Origin: a virus
Taxonomy: Duplodnaviria > Caudoviricetes
Strand: one strand, 5' to 3'
Virus record (IMG/VR): IMGVR_UViG_2922715855_000002
Span: 1 to 64,000 of that record
Length of the DNA stretch: 64,000 bases
A model generated the notes under the pieces. That model saw only the letters and a program-made list of their open reading frames with translations. It had not been told where the DNA came from and made no database searches. The position numbers and the translations under genes are program-made. Positions 8,811-17,233 of the stretch are shown in pieces (the stretch's first letter is position 1; every line of letters begins with the position of its first letter).

Positions 8811-9245
8811 TTGGAGCGTAAAGAAGCACAGGCATTTATCAATATGCATCATAGGCATAACGTAGCGCCTATAGGTGACAAGTTCAGGATTGGGTTAGCG
8901 TGCGGCGATGAATTGATAGGTGTTGCAGTAGTTGGTCGCCCAATAGCTCGCCATAATGACGATGGCATGACGCTAGAAGTAATCAGATTATGCGTGTTGG
9001 AAGGATATAAAGATGCTTGCTCTAAGTTGTACGCAGCTGCTTGGAGGGCGAGCAAGAACCTTGGTTTTCATCGGCTAATTACCTACACGCTTAAATCTGA
9101 GCCGGGAACGAGTTTGAAAGCAGCAGGGTGGAAAGTAATCGGGGAGACACAGGCTAGGCCGAAAGGATGGGATACACCGAGCCGCAGGAGAAAGATGGCT
9201 GAAAGGTATCCTACAGAACAAAAGACGATATGGGAAATGTGCTAA
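8811..9245 (+). CDS. XF1762-family protein (Mom/GNAT-like)
   Basis: HHRHN..., GVAVVGRPIARH.DDG.TLEVIRLC and LITYTL.SEPGTSLKAAGW motifs. Confidence 0.75.
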   Translation: MERKEAQAFINMHHRHNVAPIGDKFRIGLACGDELIGVAVVGRPIARHNDDGMTLEVIRLCVLEGYKDACSKLYAAAWRASKNLGFHRLITYTLKSEPGTSLKAAGWKVIGETQARPKGWDTPSRRRKMAERYPTEQKTIWEMC

Positions 9246-9259
9246 ATCAATCAGGGGAG

Positions 9260-9586
9260 ATGAAACGGATGAAGATATATAAAGTCAGTGAAATATCGCA
9301 ATGGGGTCATGATGGTTCAGTTAAATATTTTAGAAACCCAATCGCTGCGGAAAAGGATTTCCACAGAAGAGTTAAGGAAGGTATCACATCTAAAGACCTC
9401 CCAACCCGGGACAACATGGATGGTTCGCCGCCGTGGAAAGTTAGATGTGACCAGAAGTTTAGGTTTAAAGAAAAAATAAAATTACAGGCTACTATTCATT
9501 TTTGGGACTCATATCATACGGATTGTGGCACAGAGTACGACATCTCAAACTACGATATCCAAATTGAAGAGATTGAAGTCGAATAG
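9260..9586 (+). CDS. Hypothetical protein
   Basis: GGGGAG RBS before ATG 9260. Confidence 0.65.
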   Translation: MKRMKIYKVSEISQWGHDGSVKYFRNPIAAEKDFHRRVKEGITSKDLPTRDNMDGSPPWKVRCDQKFRFKEKIKLQATIHFWDSYHTDCGTEYDISNYDIQIEEIEVE

Positions 9587-9603
9587 TTAAGGAGGTAAAG
9601 GAA

Positions 9604-9855
9604 ATGAGCAAAGGAGCGTATTTAGGTTTTGGATTACTCGGTCAGCTCGTTAATACTGTAGACAAGCTAGGTAATCCTAAACGATGGGTATGGACAGACA
9701 AAGGTGCGGAAGTCATGCGCCAGCTACCAGGTCGCTTTGTATGGGATCATTACAAGGATTGTATACCTCCAGCATGGGTTGCAGATGGATGGGTTAGGGA
9801 AGCAACACCGGAGGATGGCGAGCCGGGGCAAATGGATTTGTTGGACTTTGTATAA
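9604..9855 (+). CDS. Hypothetical protein
   Basis: AAGGAGG RBS; ends GQMDLLDFV. Confidence 0.7.
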   Translation: MSKGAYLGFGLLGQLVNTVDKLGNPKRWVWTDKGAEVMRQLPGRFVWDHYKDCIPPAWVADGWVREATPEDGEPGQMDLLDFV

Positions 9856-9869
9856 TAGGGGGAGGTTAA

Positions 9870-10241
9870 ATGCTCGCAGAACAATTAGAGCTATTCCCTC
9901 GTGCTACGAAAGAGGACATAGAAGCTACTAGACAATTGCTTGACGAGTACGTGGCATGTGTTAATAATGTGAAGGTACTTGAAGAGGACGGAATCGAAAA
10001 GCTTGATCCAGAAGAGAAAAAAACATATGATAAATCCGTTTATAAGATTAACCGACTAAATCGGGCCGTGAAATTAATAGTTAACCAAGATATTAGAGAA
10101 ATTATAAAGTATCGATATATTGAAGGTAACGGGCATTCACTGACAATTCAAAAGTATGCAAAAGTAATGGATGTCAGTACGGTGAATAGAAAGATAAACA
10201 AAGGAATTGAATCGATAGCAGACTCACTTATTAAGTGGTGA
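9870..10241 (+). CDS. ArpU/RinA-like late transcription activator
   Basis: Last early gene; REIIKYRYIEG plus a sigma70 region-4-like HTH. Confidence 0.75.
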   Translation: MLAEQLELFPRATKEDIEATRQLLDEYVACVNNVKVLEEDGIEKLDPEEKKTYDKSVYKINRLNRAVKLIVNQDIREIIKYRYIEGNGHSLTIQKYAKVMDVSTVNRKINKGIESIADSLIKW

Positions 10242-10243
10242 AA

Positions 10244-10272
10244 ATGCGACAAACATGCGATGAAGATGCGAC
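10244..10272 (+). promoter_or_regulatory. ATGCGA(C/T) x3 with 11-bp period, probable late-activator binding site
   Basis: Copies at 10244, 10255 and 10266, just after the activator stop. Confidence 0.65.
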
Positions 10273-10300
10273 ATTCCTGCCAGTTAAATATTAACCCCGA

Positions 10301-10597
10301 AAAGGTACAGTTGAGTTATAGAGCTAAACGCTCGGGTAACTCCTACTGTACCTTTATCACTTGTAGGACTCGGTCACGCTGTGGGTACGATATTTGTACC
10401 TTAGACGCCAGTCGTCAGGGGTGTGATGTGAGGCGGGGTTAGATGCCCTAGATCCGCTCCTCCCGGGCGGGATAGAAGTACGGGATATTATTATGATCTT
10501 ATTGGTGCAGATGGGTTCAACTCCCATCAAGATCAACTTTGTAAATTTTGTTTTTCTCTCCTTGCTGAGCCGTTCCCTAATGGGGGCGGCTATTTTT
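10301..10597 (+). ncRNA. Candidate structured late-leader RNA ending in an intrinsic terminator
   Basis: Inverted repeat AAAGGTACAG/CTGTACCTTT, tRNA-like arm 10494-10535, terminator 10569-10597. Confidence 0.4.
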
Positions 10598-10618
10598 CAT
10601 ACAAAGGATGGTGATTTC

Positions 10619-10714
10619 ATGAAATTATTTCAATGGTTTATTAAGATAACGGCCGCTAGATCTAAGCCAGTTCCGCGGAACCGAGGTGAGCGCAGACATG
10701 GCAGAAAAACATAA
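10619..10714 (+). CDS. 31-aa basic peptide
   Basis: GGATGGTGA RBS; MKLFQWFIKITAARSKPVPRNRGERRHGRKT. Confidence 0.4.
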   Translation: MKLFQWFIKITAARSKPVPRNRGERRHGRKT

Positions 10715-10865
10715 ACGTAATGTATTGCTCGAAAGACCTGAACCCCAACAACCAGTGAAGTGTAAAGGTTGTTTTTGGGGAAATTGGGAGGCCCCAGTTC
10801 AGTTCTGCTCCAAGGTGTTGGGATGTGTAAGGGTCCCAGCATCGAAAGATGGTGACAGTGATTGA
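10698..10865 (+). CDS. 55-aa Cys-rich protein (CKGCFWG..W...QFC...C), not in the ORF track
   Basis: GAGGTGA RBS; translated by hand. Confidence 0.65.
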   Translation: MAEKHKRNVLLERPEPQQPVKCKGCFWGNWEAPVQFCSKVLGCVRVPASKDGDSD

Positions 10866-11464
10866 AGGCCGTACAACCAATTAGGGATATCGAAGTTGTC
10901 GAGGCGATACAAGAATATCTCTATAACACGAATCTACGCAATTGTGTGTTATTCAGTATGGGTGTTTTTAGTGGTCTGAGGGTATCCGATCTTTTGAATT
11001 TACAGGTTGCATCTGTGCGAAATAAGACACATATAACCTTGATTGAAGAGAAAACCAAGAAGACGAAAAAGACCAACAAGGAAAAAACGTTCATAATCCA
11101 TCCTGATATTAAACCGTTGATTGATTTGTACATTCAAGATATGGATGACGATGAGTATCTTTTCGCAAGTAGGCAGCGGAAAACAAAGACGGGCGTAAAA
11201 GGAAAGCCGATTCATCGAACAACGGCATATAAGATGTTGAACTCTACTGCACAGGTATTTAGGTTGAAGGAAATTGGATGTCACACCATGCGGAAAACGT
11301 GGGGATACCACTTATATATCCAAGATCCGGAGAACTTAGCGTTACTAATGGAAATGTTCAACCACAGTAAGCAGTCAATCACATTACGGTATCTTGGATT
11401 GACCCAGGACGCTATGGACAGAGCAATTCTAAGATTGAGTTATTCAAAAAAACGAATTAAGTAG
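10862..11464 (+). CDS. Short tyrosine recombinase (catalytic domain only) in the late region
   Basis: VQPIRD, SGLRVSDLL, IGCHTMRKTWGY and FNHSKQSITLRYLG motifs. Confidence 0.92.
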   Translation: MKAVQPIRDIEVVEAIQEYLYNTNLRNCVLFSMGVFSGLRVSDLLNLQVASVRNKTHITLIEEKTKKTKKTNKEKTFIIHPDIKPLIDLYIQDMDDDEYLFASRQRKTKTGVKGKPIHRTTAYKMLNSTAQVFRLKEIGCHTMRKTWGYHLYIQDPENLALLMEMFNHSKQSITLRYLGLTQDAMDRAILRLSYSKKRIK

Positions 11465-11522
11465 CACTCATTTTCTGAAAGCGAAAATTATCTTGACAGA
11501 TTAATAAATTTTATGATCCGAC

Positions 11523-11554
11523 GAGTGCAACTCTTTGTCTATTGTGATGTACTC
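11523..11554. promoter_or_regulatory. Candidate recombination site, 12-8-12 imperfect inverted repeat
   Basis: GAGTGCAACTCT-TTGTCTAT-TGTGATGTACTC; same geometry as 50179-50210. Confidence 0.45.
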
Positions 11555-11685
11555 AAATTACAATATTTAGTCGATATATCGATTTCGAACCAGTGTCTTC
11601 ATAGCTTCAATCGATCAACAGAGCGTTACCAATGAAGTCGCAGCGTTCAAACCAACTCGAATACATGCGGAGGTGGTGAAATGTA

Positions 11686-12477
11686 GTGTCACGAGAGAGA
11701 AGTTCAAACCGAAAAAAAGCCCTGAAAATGTGGCTGGACAGCGGTCGAACCTTGAAGTTGAAAGATATCGCTCTGGAATTGGGCGTAAGTGATGTTATGA
11801 TCCGCAAATGGAAGTGGACTGATCAATGGGACGAAATCCCCGATAAGCGCAACCGAGGCGGTCAGAAAGGGAACCAAAACGCCAAAGGTAATAAGGGTGG
11901 TTCTGGTGGACCTCTAGGCAATGACAAAGCGGTCACGCATGGATTTTTCCGTAAATTTTTGCCGCAAGATCCTGAATATCTAGAAATCTTGGATATGGTT
12001 CAGGAAATGGACCCGTTAGACATGATGTATCAGAATATCGAACTCCAACAGGCCGCAATTATCCGAGCACAAAGAATCATGTTTGTTCAGAACAAGGATG
12101 AAATGATCAAAGAATTGAAGAAGCAAAAATTTGAGGTTCACAGCACAGGAAAGGGCGATAAGAAGAAGCTTCACCAAGTCGTTACGGAAGAAGAACATGA
12201 ATTCCAGTTTTCGTGGGATCGTTACTCAACATTCCTCAAGGCCCAATCTGTTGCAATGTCAGAGTTTAGGTCCGCTGTCAAACAGTTCTTATCTGCGGCA
12301 CCAGAGAACGATGAACGCCGAGTGAAGTTGCAAATCATGCAAGCGCAGGTTGAAAAAGCACGAATCGAAATCGAGAGCTTGAAAGGTAATGAGAAAGATA
12401 CAAAAGCAGATGATTGGATTTCCGGTATTCAAGAGGTTGCAAATCGCCGCAGGGAGGCGATGAAGGGCAATGAGTAA
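11686..12477 (+). CDS. terS: Terminase small subunit
   Basis: N-terminal HTH (LKDIALELGVS..IRKWK); GNQNAKGNKGG...AVTHG motif; precedes terL. Confidence 0.88.
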   Translation: MSRERSSNRKKALKMWLDSGRTLKLKDIALELGVSDVMIRKWKWTDQWDEIPDKRNRGGQKGNQNAKGNKGGSGGPLGNDKAVTHGFFRKFLPQDPEYLEILDMVQEMDPLDMMYQNIELQQAAIIRAQRIMFVQNKDEMIKELKKQKFEVHSTGKGDKKKLHQVVTEEEHEFQFSWDRYSTFLKAQSVAMSEFRSAVKQFLSAAPENDERRVKLQIMQAQVEKARIEIESLKGNEKDTKADDWISGIQEVANRRREAMKGNE

Positions 12478-13870
12478 AAAGCCATATAACGTTGTTGTGG
12501 ACCTAATTGACCTGTATTGGGACAATCCCGTTGCCTTCTCACAAGACATGCTCAATTTCGAACCGGATGAATGGCAAGCCGCTGTTATGATGGATTTGGC
12601 AAGTAGCCCGAAAGTTAGTGTTCGGTCTGGTCAAGGTGTCGGAAAGACTGGAGTCGAAGCGGCTATATGCATCTGGTATTTATGCTGTCGTCCTTTCCCT
12701 AAGATCATATGTACCGCGCCAACGAAACAACAACTTCATGACGTGTTATGGGCCGAGATTGCAAAATGGCTGAACACCTCTCGCATGAAAGACTTCCTCA
12801 AATGGACCAAGACCAAGATTTACATGATCGGTCAAGAGGAACGATGGTTCGCTACAGCGAGAACCGCGACGCGCCCAGAGAACATGCAAGGGTTTCATGA
12901 AGATTATATGTTGTTTATCGTCGATGAAGCGTCAGGTGTTGCCGATCCGATCATGGAAGCGATTGTAGGTACGTTATCAGGTCTTGAAAATAAACTACTG
13001 ATGATGGGAAACCCCACAAAGACGAGCGGGGTTTTTTATGATTCTCACAATCGAGATCGAGCGGATTACAAGACACATAAGGTATCGTCTTTAGATAGCC
13101 CAAGAACGAGTAAAGAGAACATCGCCATGCTTAAACGAAAATACGGCGAAGGTAGCGATGTTTACAGGGTTCGTGTGGAAGGTGAGTTTCCACGAGGTGA
13201 ATCAGATTCGTTTATTGCTTTAGAATCTGCGTTACATGCGAAAGAACATGTAAGAACGAAGCCAGAAGGCAGCAAGCTATATATTGGTGCCGACATCGCT
13301 AGGTTCGGAGATGATGAAACAACCATTTATGGTCGAATCGGTGGGAAGCTAGTGAAGCAAAAGCAACATCATAAGCAGGACACGATGGTAACAACCGGAT
13401 GGATATTAAGGCTTGTTGATGATGCAAAAACGGAATATCCGCAGATCACCGAAGTTGAAATTCGAGTGGATGACAGCGGAATCGGTGGTGCCGTAACGGA
13501 TCGTTTGAATGAAATCAACACAGAGCAAAACCTTGGGTATACGATCATCCCCGTGAACAACGGCTCCGCTGCACAAGATAAACATTACGGCAACTTTGGA
13601 TCAGAATTATGGGGCCATGTTAAGGATCTGCTTGAAGAGAACATGAGCAACTTTATATTAGGCATGCCAGGAGTACTCGAATTGCCTAATGACGAGAAGT
13701 TGATTACGCAGCTTACAACAAGGAAATGGCGAATGGGTAGTAACGGCAAGATAATGCTAGAACGTAAAGAAGATATGAAAAAGCGCGGGTTACAGTCACC
13801 GGACCGAGCGGATGGATTTATTTTGGCGTTTGCAGAAATTGAGCAAACTTCGGGGTTCGCGTTTGGGTAA
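12470..13870 (+). CDS. terL: Terminase large subunit (PBSX/headful-like)
   Basis: RSGQGVGKT Walker A; IVDEASG Walker B; GADIARFGDD and SPDRADG nuclease motifs. Confidence 0.94.
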   Translation: MSKKPYNVVVDLIDLYWDNPVAFSQDMLNFEPDEWQAAVMMDLASSPKVSVRSGQGVGKTGVEAAICIWYLCCRPFPKIICTAPTKQQLHDVLWAEIAKWLNTSRMKDFLKWTKTKIYMIGQEERWFATARTATRPENMQGFHEDYMLFIVDEASGVADPIMEAIVGTLSGLENKLLMMGNPTKTSGVFYDSHNRDRADYKTHKVSSLDSPRTSKENIAMLKRKYGEGSDVYRVRVEGEFPRGESDSFIALESALHAKEHVRTKPEGSKLYIGADIARFGDDETTIYGRIGGKLVKQKQHHKQDTMVTTGWILRLVDDAKTEYPQITEVEIRVDDSGIGGAVTDRLNEINTEQNLGYTIIPVNNGSAAQDKHYGNFGSELWGHVKDLLEENMSNFILGMPGVLELPNDEKLITQLTTRKWRMGSNGKIMLERKEDMKKRGLQSPDRADGFILAFAEIEQTSGFAFG

Positions 13871-13950
13871 ATGCATTTACGTATTGGAAGAACTATGTAA
13901 TAATTTATTAGGAGATTACGACAAATTATTACATACAGGGAGTTATAGCA

Positions 13951-14763
13951 ATGCAAAAACCAAAAGTACAACTTAGAAGTGTTGGAGAAATTGATAATAT
14001 TATTCTAGCAAATGATGTATATAGTTCTATGAGCGTTGTCGGGCGGGATTATTATGAATCTAAATTAGAAAAATTAAAAATTGACAGAATAGCTCTAAAA
14101 AAGAGAGATTATCTATTCAGATCAGTGTATGGCTTTCTTGCAGCTTCTGGATTAATTGGTATAGTCATGAATATCTCCATACCTTTTACAATTGCTTGCG
14201 TGGTTGTATTTCTAATCGGATTAACAGTTGTTATAGCTTCTTATTTAAGTAGTAAAGCGGATACCATGGATGTAGAAATCAAAACGTTAGAGAACAAGGT
14301 AACTAAAGTTAAAAGTAAACCAGATAAATCTAAAAATACAGATCGATACTTCGATACACTTGTTGGTATTAACTTGAGGAATTTGGAAGAATACTATGAT
14401 CTCGTTAAAAAAAGCAATAAAAAATCTTTTAACGCTTCACTAATTGCTTGTTTTATGGGTTTCTTTCTTATTGCAGGTGGCTTAATAGCTCCATACTTCA
14501 TGGATGGGGCGAAAGAAATTACTTATGTAGCATCAGCGGCTGGTATTGTTGTTGAAGTGGTAGCAGGTTTGATGTTTTATCTCTATAGCAAAACGATTCT
14601 GCAACTAAAGGATTATCATGATAGCTTATTAAATGTTCAAAATATGCTGTTATCATTTAAGTTATTCGAAGATCACAAAACTGATAATGATAGCTCGGAA
14701 ATATTGAAACAAATGATAGGTTATCTATTGAACAAAGAAAAAAATAGTAAAGAGTCAACATAG
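13951..14763 (+). CDS. AT-rich moron: 4-TM membrane protein with a TRADD-N-associated-membrane-like C-terminal domain
   Basis: EEYY..VKK...KSF.AS....MG....AGI.VEV.AGLMFYLY......L..YH..L pattern; own downstream terminator. Confidence 0.7.
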   Translation: MQKPKVQLRSVGEIDNIILANDVYSSMSVVGRDYYESKLEKLKIDRIALKKRDYLFRSVYGFLAASGLIGIVMNISIPFTIACVVVFLIGLTVVIASYLSSKADTMDVEIKTLENKVTKVKSKPDKSKNTDRYFDTLVGINLRNLEEYYDLVKKSNKKSFNASLIACFMGFFLIAGGLIAPYFMDGAKEITYVASAAGIVVEVVAGLMFYLYSKTILQLKDYHDSLLNVQNMLLSFKLFEDHKTDNDSSEILKQMIGYLLNKEKNSKEST

Positions 14764-14790
14764 TAATACATAACGATATTTCGATTGCGG

Positions 14791-14830
14791 AGAAGGTAGG
14801 ATGATGTACATCCCACCTTCTTTTTATTTT
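14791..14830 (+). terminator. Rho-independent terminator after the moron
   Basis: AGAAGGTAGGATG/CATCCCACCTTCT stem followed by TTTTATTTT. Confidence 0.8.
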
Positions 14831-14853
14831 GTCCATGAAAGGAGGTGGTTTTT

Positions 14854-16176
14854 TTGGGAGTTAGACAATGGGTCATTAATTGGCTTGAGGCAGGACGTTC
14901 AAAGAATGAGCCCGTCAGACAGACAGAATCATACCCGTATCCGTTCGGAGTGATAGGGTCAATAGGAAATAACCAACCAATACCAAAGAAGACAGAAACG
15001 AATCTAAGGTCTTTGAGTGAGTCACCAATTCCACGACGAGCGATTAACGTTATAAAGGATGGCATAACAAAACTGAATTGGTCTGTAACAACCATTGATG
15101 AGAATGACGCCGAAAAGTATCAAGAGCTATGTAAGATCATCGAACGGGCGTTATTAAAACCAAACCAAGCGGATTCATTCCGATCATGGGTTGAACAGAT
15201 CATTGAAGATATGCTTGTTTGTAGTGCTGGTTCATCGGAGACGGTCAAATCCAATGATCTGAAACGTCCATTTCGAATGTATCCGGTCGATTCGTTCTCT
15301 ATCGAACTTTACCCCACATGGGATGGACAACCGGAATCATACCGATATGCACAAAGAGTCAACGGGAAATATGTTCACCTAACTGATTCTGAGATGATGT
15401 ATATTCGCATGAATCCGCGAACAAATACGCCATTCGGACTTGGGCCGCTCGAAACGGTATGGGAAACAGCAACAAACTTCGTTATGTCACATCGAACGGC
15501 AGGGAAACAAACGATAAATACATTCTTGAGAAGAATTCTAAATCTCGGGAAGAATGCCAACAGTACCGATGTTAAAGCGTTTCGTGCTTATTGGGAGAAC
15601 GAAGTAATGGGCCGCGGTATAACACCGATTATCTCAGGCGAGAGCCCGAGCATACTGGATCTCGGAGCGACAGATGATAAAGCCTTATTCATCGAGTGGC
15701 AACGCTTCTTGATTGAAATCGTTGCTATCGCATTCGGGATATCGCCAAAGAAGCTCGGGCAGACCAAGGATGTTAATCGAAACACCGCAGACAGCGAAGA
15801 TGAAGATACAAATTCAACGATTCAATCCATTGCGGAAAATATCGTCGAGCATATCAATAACCACATCATCGACGGAATCTTTAAAATGGGTGGAATCATC
15901 GAATTCAAGTTCCATTACGCCACGTCTCTAAAGGATTTGAAGACAAAAGCAGATATAGACGCAATTTATTTAGATCGCGGCGTGGATACGATTGATGAAG
16001 TCCGAGATAGCAAAGGAAAGAAGGCTCACCCTAACGGGCATGGCGAAAGGATTCTTGTTCCCAAAGAAAAAGCGATCGACATCAATAAAACGATGGAACA
16101 GCAGACTCAAACAACGGAACATGTAAACAAAAAAATAGATCCGAATAGCAATGACCCTAACACCACGCCAACGTAG
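14854..16176 (+). CDS. Portal protein
   Basis: Position and size; PFGLGPLE and AFGISPKKLG motifs; TTG start after AAGGAGG. Confidence 0.88.
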   Translation: MGVRQWVINWLEAGRSKNEPVRQTESYPYPFGVIGSIGNNQPIPKKTETNLRSLSESPIPRRAINVIKDGITKLNWSVTTIDENDAEKYQELCKIIERALLKPNQADSFRSWVEQIIEDMLVCSAGSSETVKSNDLKRPFRMYPVDSFSIELYPTWDGQPESYRYAQRVNGKYVHLTDSEMMYIRMNPRTNTPFGLGPLETVWETATNFVMSHRTAGKQTINTFLRRILNLGKNANSTDVKAFRAYWENEVMGRGITPIISGESPSILDLGATDDKALFIEWQRFLIEIVAIAFGISPKKLGQTKDVNRNTADSEDEDTNSTIQSIAENIVEHINNHIIDGIFKMGGIIEFKFHYATSLKDLKTKADIDAIYLDRGVDTIDEVRDSKGKKAHPNGHGERILVPKEKAIDINKTMEQQTQTTEHVNKKIDPNSNDPNTTPT

Positions 16177-16212
16177 GTGTTTTTATTTTGCCTGGAGAGG
16201 GGGTGAAACAAT

Positions 16213-17217
16213 ATGCTCGCAACCTTAAAAATGAGCAAGGAATCTTTACGGGTCCAAGAATTCAAAATGTCGAGTGTCAGTGAGCATCCGAATAAAGTAC
16301 CTTTCAAGTGTGCATTATTTGCAGTTGATCAGCCGAGTGACGGATCACCACATGGTGCAGGCGGTAAGAAGATTCGTATATCGTCAGCGGTGTGTGATAA
16401 GTACCTACAGACCTTCGTAGGAATGGCGTTGAATATCGACTACGTTCACGGTATGTCTGACCATGACCCACGGTTCAAAGTCGCCGTGATTGAAAAGGCG
16501 TATCGTTCCATGGACGGATTCGCTTGGGTCGAAGGGTACATTTTCGGTAAGGACTTCCCCGATGTCGTCGCAACCATTCGATATTACAACAGCTTAGCGT
16601 CAGAAAACCAATGGTCAGAATATCAATTTGGTGCATCGCTGGAGATGGAAGCAGCGGTTCAAGATGCCATGGATACGAACGACGTTCTAGACGTCATCGA
16701 GTTTTGCGGTACGGGTGCAGCGATTCTTTTCGCGGATGCCGCCGCTTATACAACAACAAGCTTTGCAGCTAAAAACAATTCAAAGGAGGTTGTCAATACC
16801 ATGACACCAGAAGAAAGTAAAGCCCTTCAAGATGCAATGATTGCACTTACGGCAAGTATGCAATCGGTCGTAACCGATATGGGGACAATCAAATCGGATG
16901 TAGAATCCATGAAAGCAGCTCAAGCGGAGGGGGAACAACAAGCCGCCGAGCAAACAAAAGAAGCAGAATTGACCGCCGCAAAAGAAGAAGCAGAGAGATA
17001 TAAGCAAGAGCTTGCAACCTTGAAAGCGGGGAACAGCGCGGCTCAGGAACCACAACGTAAAACAGTTTCCGCAGCCCAATTGCTGAATAAGATCGATGCT
17101 TCCAATGGTGCGGATGGCCTTGATTATACTTCGTTCTGTGCAGCCGTAGATAAGATGAATCTTCCGACGGTTGAATCTATGAAATTAAAACTACAAGCCA
17201 AATCTGAGCTTAAATAA
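16213..17217 (+). CDS. Prohead protease/scaffold protein
   Basis: Lies between portal and capsid; globular N-terminus, acidic coiled-coil C-terminus. Confidence 0.65.
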   Translation: MLATLKMSKESLRVQEFKMSSVSEHPNKVPFKCALFAVDQPSDGSPHGAGGKKIRISSAVCDKYLQTFVGMALNIDYVHGMSDHDPRFKVAVIEKAYRSMDGFAWVEGYIFGKDFPDVVATIRYYNSLASENQWSEYQFGASLEMEAAVQDAMDTNDVLDVIEFCGTGAAILFADAAAYTTTSFAAKNNSKEVVNTMTPEESKALQDAMIALTASMQSVVTDMGTIKSDVESMKAAQAEGEQQAAEQTKEAELTAAKEEAERYKQELATLKAGNSAAQEPQRKTVSAAQLLNKIDASNGADGLDYTSFCAAVDKMNLPTVESMKLKLQAKSELK

Positions 17218-17233
17218 AAGGAGAATCTAATCG

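Noticed and set aside
10494-10535. tRNA gene
   Set aside because: Only acceptor-like and T-arm elements are present, with no D or anticodon arm and no CCA; kept only as a tRNA-like finding.
10862-11464. Short recombinases (also 49550-50092) as integrases of separate nested elements
   Set aside because: Both lack arm-binding domains, occupy the same late-region position, and have no flanking cargo or att duplication.
11670-11690. ATG-TAG minigene overlapping the terS GTG start
   Set aside because: It could modulate terS translation, but a two-codon ORF is too easily due to chance to support.
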